Source: Camelus ferus | Taxonomy: Eukaryota | Direction of reading: 5' to 3' | DNA: 64,000 nt | Assembly (NCBI RefSeq): GCF_009834535.1 | Contig: NC_045697.1 | Location: 70,186,001-70,250,000 of the forward strand | Part shown: in pieces, positions 1 through 11,402 of the stretch | Layout: each line of letters begins with the position of its first letter | Numbering within the stretch: the stretch's first letter is position 1 | Notes under the pieces: model-generated | What the model was told of the DNA's origin: nothing | What the model saw: the letters and a program-made list of their open reading frames with translations, nothing else | Database searches by the model: none | Translations under genes and position numbers: made by a program

Positions 1-292
1 TATGAAAGCAGTTTGACAGAGGTTCTCAAATTTTCCAACAATCTGAAAGACTTTATTATCAGTATCACATTGTAAAATTCAAAATAATTTTTGTCTCAAA
101 GTAATTCTAGGTGAAATACTGAATTCTTATTCTATATAGAAAATTATGTAATAAAATTGTTTTTAGATAAAGAAATAACCAAAGATAATACAGCCAAAAA
201 TGTACAGGAAAAATGATAGGGGTGTATTAAACAGTTAATTAATGAACAGAAGCTTTATTCCTTGGTTTTGTAATGTTTGTGATATTTGTCAG

Positions 293-1846
293 CTTTTTTT
301 TTATTTTTTAAATTTGAGATATAATAGACATCTAGCATTATATTAGTTTCAGGTGTACAACATAATGATTTGATATTTGTATACATTGTGAAATGATCGC
401 TACAATAATTCCAGTTAACGTCCATCACCATACATAGTTAACAAAACTTCTCTTTTATTATGATGAGAACTTTTGATCCACTCTCCTAGCTACTTTCAAA
501 TAAGCAATACAGTATTATTAACTGTAGTCACTGTGCTGTACATTATATCCCCAGGACTTAGTCATTTTATAGCTGGAAATCTGTACCTTTTGACACTCTT
601 TCTCCATTTCATTCCCTGCCCCCTAACTCAGGCAACCACCAACCTGTTCTCTGTATCCATGAGCTTGGTATTTTTGGTTTTTGGGTTGTTTTATTTTTAT
701 GTATTTATTATTTTTCATAGTTAAATCTTAGTGAATTTTTATTCCTTTTTAACTGAAATAGAGTTGACATACAATATTATGTTAGTTTCAGGTGTACTAC
801 ATGGTGACTTGACATTTGCATTCATTATGAAATGACCACCATGGTAAGTCTCATAACCATCTGTCCTCATACAGTCATTGCAATATTATGGACCATACTC
901 CTTATGCTGTATATTACACCCCTGTAGCTTATTTATTTTATAACTGAAGGTTCATACCTCTTAATCTCCTTCACCTATCTCACATACAATCCCCTGCTCT
1001 CTGGCAGCCATCCATTTATTTTCTGTATCTATGAGTCTGGTTTAGTTTAGTATTTTCTGTATCTATGAGTCTGGTTTAGTTTAGTTTTGTTTATTCATTT
1101 GTTTGATTGTTTAGATTCCTCATATAAGTGAGATCATATGGTATTTATCTTTTTTATCTGACTTACTTCATTTGGCATAATGCCCTCAGGGCACAACAAT
1201 GTTGTTGAAAATGGCAAGATTTCATTCTTTTTTATAGCTGTGTCATATTCCACTATATATATAGCAGAATATAATTATTCAGCCATGAAATATTTTCCTT
1301 ATCCATTCATACATCAATGGACATTTAGGTTGTTTACACATCTTGGCTACTGTAAATAATGTTGCAATGAACATGGGGTGCATATATCTTTTCTAATTAG
1401 TATTTTAGTTTTACTTGGATAAGTACTCAGGAGTAGAATTGCTGGGTCATATGGTAGTTCTATTTCTAATTTTTTGAAAAACCTCCATCCTGTTTTATAT
1501 AGCGATTGCACGAATTTACATTCCCACCAACATTTTTTCCGTGTCCTCACCAACATCCGTTATTTCTTGTCTGTTTGATAATAGCCATTCTCATTGTGGT
1601 TTTGATTTGCATTTCCCTGATAATTAGTGATGTTGAGCATCTTTTCCTGTATCAGTTGGCCATCTGTTTATCTTCTTTAAAAGATGTCTATTCAGATCTT
1701 ATGCTCATATTTTAATTGAACTGTTTGTTTTTTTGCTATTGAGTTGTATAAGTTCTTCGTTTATTTTGAATATTAACCCCTTATCAGATACATGATTTAC
1801 AAATGTTTTCTCCCATTCAGTGGGCTGCCTTTTCATTTTGTTGATG
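293..1846 (-). mobile_element. LINE-1 3' portion (L1MA9-like), composite with two 3' ends
   Basis: Poly-T start, typical L1 3' UTR sequence, ORF2 C-terminal remnant in track ORF 1347..1556 ([14 protein letters not shown]); similar flanks tgtcagctttt / tgttagctttt suggest a TSD. Confidence 0.85.
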
Positions 1847-2544
1847 TTAGCTTTTAAAATTTATAATCTATTGTGATTTCTCACTCTAAGTAATCATTCT
1901 TTTTCTTTTTTTGGTAAGTTTATATTAATTTTCTTAAAGAGACTTCCAAATTTTACAAGCTTCAAACCCCTTAAATTTTGACTTTTCCATCTAACAAGCA
2001 GAATAACAAAATTAAAAAAAAAATTTTTAAACAGATTGCCAATCACAAGAACTTCAGGCCCAAGCAATTAAGACTCTATGTAATAAGCTGTTGTCCATGC
2101 ATATTAAGCCATCAAAATCCAAGACATCAGCCAAGGAGCCGTCAGCGTCCAGTGCCAAGTATAAGCCAGTGCCAGTCTCCTCCTGGCTTCATCTCACCAC
2201 GCTGACTGCTGCCCTTGGGCACTGCCCTGAGTTACTCACACCGCTGTGCCGTGCTCTGGTGCGATTTACACCCGGCACACTCTCGTTTCTTGGCCTTCGC
2301 TCCTGTTACTCCCTTTGCACAGAATAGCTCCTTGAAAAAAATGTCACTCCAAATCCCACTAGACTTCAAATAGAGAAAAAGTCTCTCTCTCTGCCCACCC
2401 AAGTGCTAGGTCACGTCCAGTGTTCAATAAACAGCAATTGAATAAGTAAATTAAATAAAATGATTTTTTATAGTGGAACACATTTTCTTAAAAAATTTTC
2501 CTTTTTAAACAATTTTAACAGCTTCCTTTGTTTGATTTTATATT

Positions 2545-2673
2545 TTATTTATTTTTTTTGGGGGGGGGAATTAAGTTTATTTATGTATTTTTAACAGAGG
2601 TACTGGGGCTTGAATCTAAAACCTCATGCATGCTAAGCATGTGGGCTCTACCATTGAGCTATATTCTACCCCC
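2545..2673 (-). mobile_element. tRNA-Ala-derived SINE (camelid Vic-1-like)
   Basis: Reverse complement ...atatagctcaatggtagagcccacatgcttagcatgcatgaggtttagattcaagccccagtacctc followed by an A-rich tail. Confidence 0.8.
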
Positions 2674-3059
2674 TAAATAAAATAATTAAATAAAGCAAAT
2701 TATTAACAGGGTGCTGGAGGTTGAATTCAGGTAGAAATATTGTTTTCTTTTTTCAAATTTTAGTTACACAGTTAATATATGAATGTATTTTGTTTTATTT
2801 TTTTACACTTGAGTAAGGCAGATTAGGGAAATTTGATCACGCTAAATCCCCTTTGTCAACACCCTCAATCCTAGTTCCTTCCATTAAGGACCAGATTTAT
2901 CAGTTTGGTGTGCATTTTTTTCAGACTTCTATTTCATGCTTTTATATATTTTTATATGTGTATATGTTGTATTGTTTGGGGGAATGAGATAGACTTTTTA
3001 AAGCTAAGTGGCATCATACTGTACCTGCCACCAGTTCTTCTAACTTAACAATACATTTT

Positions 3060-3270
3060 GGGGTCTATCAACTTTGACATGTGTGTAATGGGTGTATCTC
3101 CGTGGGGGTGCAGCTGGCATTCTGAGTGGGACAGCTGTCGGTTGTTCAGGATTGCATCAGTCTCTATGGATGTTAAGCATTCCTGGCACTCCCTCACAAA
3201 GTGCTGGTAGCATCCAACCCCTTGCCCTCAGCATTTGGCAACCAAAAATTCTCTCACCTTTTCAAATGCT
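3060..3270 (-). mobile_element. MER20-like hAT-Charlie fragment within an old L1 fossil (about 2740-3740)
   Basis: Recalled similarity to the MER20 consensus (gcaaccaaaaat...ttttcaaatg). Confidence 0.5.
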
Positions 3271-4605
3271 TTTGGTTAACTTTTTACATAATCTCCTCAT
3301 CCTAGGACGTGTTTGGTTAACTTTTTATATAATCTCATTTTAGTAGCACCTGACTTTATCATCTCACTGTTGGTGGATATTCAGGATGGCTCCAAATTTT
3401 TATTCTCACAGTTTGTAGTAAACATCTTCATTCATACTTCCTTCTGTGTATGGGTAAGTGTTTTACTAGTCAGACACCAGAAGTGGAGTCACTGGTCACG
3501 TGTGCATGTCCAGTTACATCAGATGTGTTGAAATTCCCCTCCAACTTAAACACTTGCCAACAGTTGACAATATCTATGGCCCCCAAATTTTCCAATACTT
3601 AATACTAACCCTTCAATTTTAGCCAATCTGGTGGATTAAAAATATATAATATATATATTACACTGTTGCTTTAATTTGCATTTCTCTGAATAGTAGTGAG
3701 ACTGTTTATTTGAAATGCATATTTCCTCTTCTGTGAAAGATTTTCACTTTCTTTTGCATGTGTATATATTTTAATTTTTACTACATATACTTTACAATCA
3801 CAAAAATTGTGCACACTTTAAAAAGTAACTTACATGTCTTTCAAGTCAAAAAAATGGTCTTGATCTTTCTTCCTGGAACCCTCACTGGATACTTTACTCT
3901 CTCTTGGATGTAGTTTGCAAAGTATTTACCTTATCCTCCTGACTAGAGTAATGGTTTCTTGAAGCCCAGCGTGGGCTTTTGTTCCATTTGACCTGCCTAA
4001 TATAGTGCCTTGCTCAGATTTTAGCTTAATTGATAAAGATTTATAAAGTTGGATGGTAGAAAGTAAAGCAGGTTGATAATGGGACAATTACCAACTGAAC
4101 TCTACTATATTTTCAACCTTTCTCCCCTTATGGACACAATCGGGAACCATCCTTACCAAAGGCGACAGACTCCTACAAAGGATACATAACGTTATTTGTT
4201 CTGTCGTCACTTCCCTGGAAGATGTGCTCACCTACAGTTCTTAGGAAAGGAATGCTTAATTCAATTCAAAGAAGGAAGTTTAGGCATTTGCGGAGGAGCT
4301 GTTTGGGGGGTGAGGATCCTCGTTGCCCCGCAGACATCATGGAGCGTGGCTGGCTGCCAGGCAGGCTCCGACTTAGGTTTGCCCACACCCAGATCTCCAT
4401 GAAACCCAGGATGGCAATACCGACTCAACCAAACAGCCGCCCAGGAGTTAACACTCCCTGAGATGTTCCAAATTAGAGCACAGTGCAATCCTTCTTACTT
4501 TATGTTCAAAGATTTCTTATGTGTTTATGATAAATAGTCACTGTTTAAAAGATTACCATAAAAAAATTCTTAGTAAAAGTTCTTAATAAAAACTGGCATT
4601 GAACT

Positions 4606-4760
4606 GAGAAGGGTATAGCTTAAGTGGTAGAGTGTATGCTTAGCATGCTCAGAGTCCTGGGTTCAATCCCCAGTACCTCCTCTAAAATTAAACAAACCTA
4701 ATTACCCCCGCTGCCAAAATTTAAAAAAATTAAATAGTATAACAATAAATAAACAAAAGG
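4606..4760 (+). mobile_element. tRNA-Ala-derived SINE (Vic-1-like)
   Basis: gggtatagcttaagtggtagagtgtatgcttagcatg...ggttcaatccccagtacctcc: A/B boxes, AGC anticodon remnant, acctaattaccccc and A-rich tail. Confidence 0.85.
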
Positions 4761-4856
4761 ATGAAATATATTTTTAAAAACGCTACCATCAAGCTATGAT
4801 TATTCTGTAAATGCTTTAAACAGACTTCAGATCTCATTGAAAAGCATCCCAAGGAA

Positions 4857-4998
4857 GGGAGGTTATAGCTCAGCGGTAGAGTGACTGCCTAGCGTGCACA
4901 AAGTCCTGGGTTCAATCCCCAGGACCTCCATTAGTAAATAAATAAATATATAAACCTAGTTACCTCCCCTCAAAAAAAGACCCCCCAAAAATTTTTAA
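4857..4998 (+). mobile_element. tRNA-Ala-derived SINE (Vic-1-like) with 17-bp TSD
   Basis: tagctcagcggtagag...ggttcaatcccc; TSD aaaagcatcccaaggaa (4840-4856) / aaaagaatcccaaggaa (4999-5015). Confidence 0.9.
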
Positions 4999-5267
4999 AA
5001 AAGAATCCCAAGGAATGTCTGAAGCCTTTACATTTTCACATTTTGTCGATCGGATTTTGCCACTTCAAATAAGTACAAGTAAGTAGTCTATTGGCTCAAA
5101 CTGAATCTTATGCTAAAATATTCATCCCCAAAGTAATTACAGGCAAAATGTATTTAAGAACTTGTGGCCATGTAGAGATTTCACTCATTAAAATGAATTA
5201 GAATTTTGGCTGTCACCTAACGTCAAGTTTTTGACAGCCTCACTTTCAGTTCCTCCAATTGTCCTCT

Positions 5268-5323
5268 TTTTTTTTTTTTTCCAGTTTGCGGTGTAATGGA
5301 CATATACCATATTAGTTTTAGGT
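5268..5323 (-). mobile_element. Ultra-short 5'-truncated L1 3' end with 14-bp TSD
   Basis: Poly-T plus gtgtaatggacatataccatattagttttaggt; TSD tccaattgtcctct (5254-5267) / tccaactgtcctct (5324-5337). Confidence 0.75.
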
Positions 5324-6842
5324 TCCAACTGTCCTCTGAAGGAATTCTGTAGTGAGAAGATTTGAACATGTTTGGGAAATTGTCCAATGAATGGGCAAAT
5401 AACTCAGTGGGATTTCTTATAAAATGTTTCTCTTGGCCATCGCTTTTAGCTAGCAAATCCATTTCTGACACAGGATGGAGGCATCTCTACCTCAAAGAGG
5501 AAATATGCTAAAGAGATAGACATTAGGAAATGTAGATTTAGAAAACAGAGAGCTAAGAGACCTACATATAAATTTCCTTCTACAGATGGGCTTACGTTGA
5601 CTTTTTCTTATCAGGACAAAATATCATTCCCTAGGGCCGTCACTGCAGGGCCTCTCAGCCGCAGAGCAGGGTTCTTGCTCAAAGTCCTTGTACACCTTTA
5701 TTAAAGAGGTGTACTTAGTTCACTGACATTAGTGACAATATTTATGTAATCGCTGGTGTCCCCCTTCCTCTCCAACTGCCCTGGATTGTGGGCCCCTGGC
5801 AGCAGCAACGATCCCCAGGGACCTAGATTTCTGTTATCTGAAATAAATTGAAAGTAATGGAAAGTTATATTTGAGCAACAAGAAAATCACACCACAGAGG
5901 ACACATCACAAGTTATGACTTTATAGATCTCAATGGCTTCATGACAACTACTCATGTGTTTTAAGCTCTGCTGTTGTCAAGCCTGTTTTGACTGTTTCTT
6001 GTGTCTAATGTGAGCAGGACTTCCAGCCGGCCCATGAGACATGACTGTTATTAATCCTACTTTAGAGGTCAGAAAACCATGGTTCAGACTGGTTATGCAA
6101 CTTGCCCAAGGTTGCACAGCTAGTAAGAGGAATCACCTGGAAAGGGACTCAAGGGCCACAATCCCAATCACCACACTGGACTGTCTCTATCAAGGCACTG
6201 AAAAGAACAGGGAAGAGCTGTCATTAGGAGAAAGCGGCGAGGTGCAGAACAGAGCAGTGCGCCTGGAATGCTCTTATTTCCGTAGGACTGGAGTGGAGGA
6301 TGCGCCGGCATGCCTCCAGACCCACAGGACATCTCCTAGGAGGAAGCACAGGAAAATGGTTAACATTGGTGTTCTCTGGGGAAAGGAACAGGGGGACTGA
6401 GGACTAAGGGGGGAGAAAGAAAGCTTTATTTTTGTTCTGTCTTCCTTTGGACTATGTAGGGTTTTTCCCTAACATGGATATTTGTTACCTTTTCTGATGT
6501 GTTTCTGGTGTGTGTTTTTTTTTAAACACATACATCAATTGGAATCTCCTTGGGACTTCCCCAGCTCTGCAGATATTTGTCAGTTTGAAACAATATTTGA
6601 TGGGGCTTGCATCTCAGTATAAAATGTCTGAATTCCTTTTGTTCTACTTCCTTTGCCTTGTGACAGTGGGCTCTGGTATAATAACTCGGTGGTTTTCCAC
6701 ACTGCAAAATGTGGTACCACACTTGAGAAAGAGGATATGAGAGAGAGATCAGAAGAAAGAAAGAAAAATGGCCAAAGTCTATTCTTGCTGGTTACTTTTG
6801 ACTTGGACTTTTAAAAAAAGAGTTTTCTATTTACAAAGTAAC

Positions 6843-7228
6843 GTGTGTCTGTTTGCTAGGGCTGCCATGGCAAGGTACCACAAAATGGGTGGCTTAAACA
6901 GAGGAACCTGTCTCACAGTTCTGGAGGCTAGAAGCCCATAATGAAGGTGTCAGCAGGGCTGGTTCCTTCTGAGGACTGGGAAGGGGATCTGTTCCAGCCC
7001 GCCCTCCTTGACTTGCAGACGGCTGTCTTCATGTTCACGTGGTGTTCTCCCCATTTGCAAGTCCGTCTCCAAAGTCCTCTTTTCACCAGTCCTATTGAAT
7101 TAGGCCCCACCTAATGACCTCATTCTAACTTGCTAAAGACCCTGTCTCCAAATAAGGCCACATTCTGAAGAACTGGGGATTAGGACTTCGAGGTATGAAT
7201 TTGGGGGGGTACAATTCAATTCCTGACA
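6843..7228 (-). mobile_element. MLT1 (MaLR) solo LTR, MLT1A/B-like
   Basis: gctagggctgcc...tctcacagttctggaggctagaag...ccaaataaggccacattctga...acaattcaattcctgaca. Confidence 0.85.
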
Positions 7229-7428
7229 CTCTGCTATTAGGCAGCCCTCTCCTCTCCCCTTCAGCCTCACCCCGCGATTTCCTTCTCTTGATAAGGTTTG
7301 GCTGAGAGTTTGGTCTTGGGGCTAGCAGTGCGGACAGCATTGCTGAGGTAATGTCAGAGAAGAAAACCCAGTGCAGGAAGAGCCCCCTGCCGTTGGCCCT
7401 AAGTGACAGTGCCAATCTCTACTCCCAG

Positions 7429-7551
7429 GTGGTACCACAGCAACCTCACGCGGCACGCGGCCGAGGCCCTTCTCCTCTCCAATGGGTGTGACGGGAGCTA
7501 CCTGCTGCGGGACAGCAATGAAAGGACCGGGCTGTACTCTCTCTCTGTGAG
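7429..7551 (+). CDS. DAPP1: DAPP1 (Bam32) coding exon 2, SH2 N-terminal half
   Basis: ctcccag|G TGG TAC CAC AGC...GTG AG|gtaggt; 123 nt; translates WYHSNLTRHAAEALLLSNGCDGSYLLRDSNERTGLYSLSVR, recognisable as the DAPP1 SH2 domain. Confidence 0.97.
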
Positions 7552-8744
7552 GTAGGTTGCATAAGAGCTCTTCTAGGAATTCTACAGGGTCCCCTCTCCT
7601 ACTTGTACAGATGCTCACTTCATCATCACACTCAAACGGCCAGAAAACCAAATTCTCTTGATTCCTGTTAGACCAGCAGGTGCAAGGATCCCAAGCTCTG
7701 AATGGTGAGACTGTAAAAAACACTCTTGCTCCTTCCATTGGCAGGGAACAAATGCTATCGCTGAAGGAGATTCTGTGAATTGTTTAATCCCAAACTCTTG
7801 CCTGACTGATGAAGAAATTGAAACCCAAAGTGATAAAGTGTCTTCCACTCAATAAATCAGGATAGAAGCAGCACCGGAGACCACATCCCTGAAATCTGGC
7901 CCAGTGCTCTTTTCATTATGCCTTGCTTCCTCTGGAAAATCAGAGTGATGTGTGGCTGTGCAACTTTCATAATCATAAATTCAAGCAGGCAATATGCAAC
8001 TTTTTTTTTCTACAAATGGACTAATCTTTCTCAAAGCTCCATTTCCTCTGACTCTTAAGAAAGTTAAGCAAGTCCCCACCAGGTACGCCCAGCTCAAAAC
8101 AGTGATTGTCCAGCCCTTCCAGGGTTTCTCTCCCACCCCCTTCCTCCTGGCTGGCATACCTCTCAGAGAAGGTGATGTAGCCATGTGATAATCAGGAGGA
8201 GTCATTGGTTATCAGTCAGCATCTGTCACCTTGGCTTCCACTGACATATAGCAAGTCTTCTTGGGTTCACAGGCATTTGCTCCAGGATCAGAATGGGGAT
8301 GTGATGACTCCATGAAATTACCATTAACGTCAAACCATTCTTGTTTTATGATTGTTCTTTTTTTGTTTTGTTTATTACTGTTTCCATGGTGTGTCCATAC
8401 ACCCTTGAAAGAAAGTCACAGGTTCCCTTCATGTGTCAGTCCATTATGATGATTGGGCACAAGAAGGTTTTCTCTTTTCGTTTCTGCTCTACATGGTTCA
8501 GGTCTCCCTGTCATAACTCAGTAGCAACAGATACATTCCCTTCTCTCTAAATCCTCTTTTCCATCCAGCTCAACAATAGTTTTTTTTTTCTTTTTTCTTA
8601 TTTCCTTTCCCTTTGATGTAAGGAAAATGGGCTACAAAAATATTTCTGTAAATAATTGATGGTAGGCTTCTATGACTTCAGAAGCCAAGAATTAACATAT
8701 TTAACTAACATACTGTCTTATATTCTCTTTGGGCTTGGAGCGTT

Positions 8745-9358
8745 CTGTATTTGTCTTCTATGATACATAACAAATTACCAAAAAATGTAGTGGCTAGGAA
8801 CAACAGCAATTGATTATCTCACAGTTTCTGTACGTCAGAAGCCCAGGCATAATGTGGCGAGATTCTCTGTTTGGGGTGTGGCCAGGGTGGCAAAAAGGTA
8901 TTGGCTGAGGCTGTGGCTTAACTGGGGCTCAGGGTCCTCTTCCTTCATTTCCTCCTCTCTTCTTTATTTCTTTTCATTTCTTCCCTTGCTGCTGTAGGAC
9001 TGAGTGCCCCATTTTCCTGGACACTCTCAGCTCCTGGAGGTTCCTTGCCATGTGGCCCCTGTAGGGAGTTCACAACATGGATGTTTGCTTTCCTCCAGGC
9101 CAGCTCCAGTGTGTCTCTGTAATCTCTTCTCCTGCCACATGCCAGAGAAAACTCTCAGCTTTTACAAGCCTCTTGCAATTAGGTCATGCCCATCCAAATA
9201 ATCTCCCTCCTTTAAGGTCAACTGACTTAAAGCCTTAATTATCTACAAAATTCTTTCACAGCAGCATCCACATTAGCATTTTAATGAATGAATGGGAGAA
9301 GATGTGTCGCTCCAGGGGCTGAGAATCATGGGGGCCATGTTAGAATTTTGTCTGACAT
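8745..9358 (-). mobile_element. MLT1 (MaLR) LTR, older subfamily
   Basis: cataacaaattacca...tctcacagtttctgt...ggggccatgttagaatt hallmarks. Confidence 0.75.
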
Positions 9359-9509
9359 AGCTTCCATTCCAGGGAACAGGGCAAGTCTCCAGGCAACTTT
9401 AAAGGGAGTGGCAGAAATAGGTGGGAAGGTAATGGGGTAAATAAGGGGGTAATGGATCACAGAGATAAAACACAGTTTTCCTGTTACTCTACTATATTTT
9501 GTTTATAAA

Positions 9510-9637
9510 TTTTTTTTCTCTCTCTCTCCCCTCCTTCCTCTTCCTTTCTCTCTCTTTTTCTTTCTTTCTTTAATGGAAGTACTAAGGATTGAACCCAAGA
9601 CCTTGTGCATACTAAGTGTGCACTCTACCACTGAGCT
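9510..9637 (-). mobile_element. tRNA-Ala-derived SINE (Vic-1-like), 5'-clipped
   Basis: gattgaacccaagaccttgtgcatactaag...ctctaccactgagct; flanks tgtttataaattt / tgtttatacattt look like a TSD. Confidence 0.8.
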
Positions 9638-9929
9638 GTTTATACATTTTCTAAACAGCATTTTTGGGAAAATTATTAATCAAGAATGGAATTCTGTTTG
9701 GGTAGAAGCAGGAATTGTGATTTCTCTGATCAACAGCAAATGTTAAAATTTCATTAAGTGGTTAGATTGTTGATTCTTTATTGCATGGATCCCCTAAAAT
9801 CTCAAATAAACCTGCATAATTATTGTATCAAAGAATGTTAACTTTTCACTTATGTGTGTCTCATCTGAGCAGTTAGACCATAAGCTCCTTACAAATATTT
9901 AGCATATGTATTATATCTATATAAAAAAA

Positions 9930-10014
9930 AATTTAATGGAGGTACAGGGGATTGAACCCAGGACCTTGTGTATGCCAAGCATGTGCTCTACCACTGAGTT
10001 ATAACCACCTTCCC
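9930..10014 (-). mobile_element. tRNA-Ala-derived SINE (Vic-1-like)
   Basis: ggaggtacaggggattgaacccaggaccttgtgtatgccaagcatgtgctctaccactgagttataacc. Confidence 0.85.
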
Positions 10015-10129
10015 TATTCAAAGATTTTAAATATAAATCATTAATTTCTGTTATAAGCACTTGGAAATGCTTTAAAAGATAATAACCACCAGAAAAGGTG
10101 AGAAGAACCACAGACCAGCTCAGGAGAAT

Positions 10130-10860
10130 GACTGTTTTTATTCATTTGTTCATTCACTTTCCTAATAATAAATATTTCAGAGCATCCTCTCTGCCAACCA
10201 CTTTAGTAAGTGTTGTAGAAGATTCAAAGACCTGTCCTCAGGAAGTATAGCCTTGCAGAGGCAGTAAGACCATATGGGAATACTAAAGTAGTGTGCTGTA
10301 AATGATGTAAAGAAAGTAAGCTAAGTGCCTGGGTTGTTGAGAAGAGAAAAGGCAAGAAACTCAAGCTGGAAGTACCACGCAACCCTTGACAGAGTAAGTG
10401 GCATTTGAACTGACACCTGATAAGAAAAAACATGGCAGAAATTGCAGGTGAAGGGAACTGTACAAGCCAAGGGACAAAGGCAGAAACTCATAAAAGAATA
10501 GTAGCCCCGGTTGGACGACAGCAGTTCCCAAGACGTGGTCCCCAGACCAGTAGCATCAGCAGAGAATGTGTTAGGAATACAAATCTCAGGCCCTGCCCCA
10601 GATCTACCAAATCAGAAATTCAGGGGGTACAGCCCAGAAATTTGGGCCCTCCAGGTGATTCTGATTTCTGATGCTTGCTAAAGGTAGGGCCTGCCGTGCC
10701 AGACAGGAAGAGCGGAAGTGAGGCTAGAGAGATAGGGTGGGGTCACATCAGGTATATAGACATTTTTTTAAATTTAATATTCTGCCTTATTCCCAAAATG
10801 AGGTGGAGAATGACAATGTAGGAAATTTGATATTTTATTTGGTAGGCAGTGGCATAGGCA
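10130..10860 (-). mobile_element. L2 fragment interrupted by a MER5A-like hAT element (about 10518-10690)
   Basis: ttcatttgttcattca L2 tail; cagcagttccc...gtggtccccagaccagtagcatcagc...ccctccaggtgattctga MER5A signature. Confidence 0.7.
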
Positions 10861-11268
10861 TAGGAAGGAAAGGGCTAGGCTGACGTAACTGATTGACAGA
10901 AACTGAATTCGAACCGACTCTCAAACAAGTGAGGGAGAAGCACCAAGCACAGAGGAGAACTGGGGGAGGATGTGACCTGCCATTTCTATGGTCTTTCTTC
11001 CTGCCTTTCTTAAGCTCATGCCCCTTAGGAGATTAATGATCAAGGACTCGTTTGCTGAGTCAGGGAATACCTAGGTATTCCTGTCTTTCATTGGAGTGAA
11101 AAATTGAGAAGCGTGTGCTGTGCTTTAAATGCCAATGGTTCCAGTGATCCTGTCATAACTCTCAGTTTTTAGAAGGGTTTAATGCTGATGCTAATGCCTA
11201 GGGTTATATTTCCCTTCAAAAAAGACATTTGCTTAAATAACATTAAACATTTTTTTTGTCCCTTTCAG

Positions 11269-11402
11269 AGCCAAAGACTCTGTCAAACACTTTCATGTTG
11301 AATACACCGGATATTCATTTAAATTTGGCTTTAATGAATTCTCATCTTTGAAGGATTTTGTCAAGCATTTTGCAAATCAGCCTTTGATTGGAAGTGAGAC
11401 AG
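11269..11402 (+). CDS. DAPP1: DAPP1 coding exon 3, SH2 C-terminal half
   Basis: ctttcag|A GCC AAA...ACA G|gtaagc; 134 nt; AKDSVKHFHVEYTGYSFKFGFNEFSSLKDFVKHFANQPLIGSET; phase matches exons 2 and 4. Confidence 0.97.

Noticed and set aside
4606..4930. Apparent tRNA-Ala genes
   Set aside because: Degenerate stems, a shared non-tRNA tail with an A-rich end, a TSD on the 4857 copy and multiple dispersed copies show they are SINEs
1..7428. DAPP1 exon 1 / start codon
   Set aside because: No sequence encoding the DAPP1 N-terminus with a phase-compatible donor was found; it presumably lies upstream of the window
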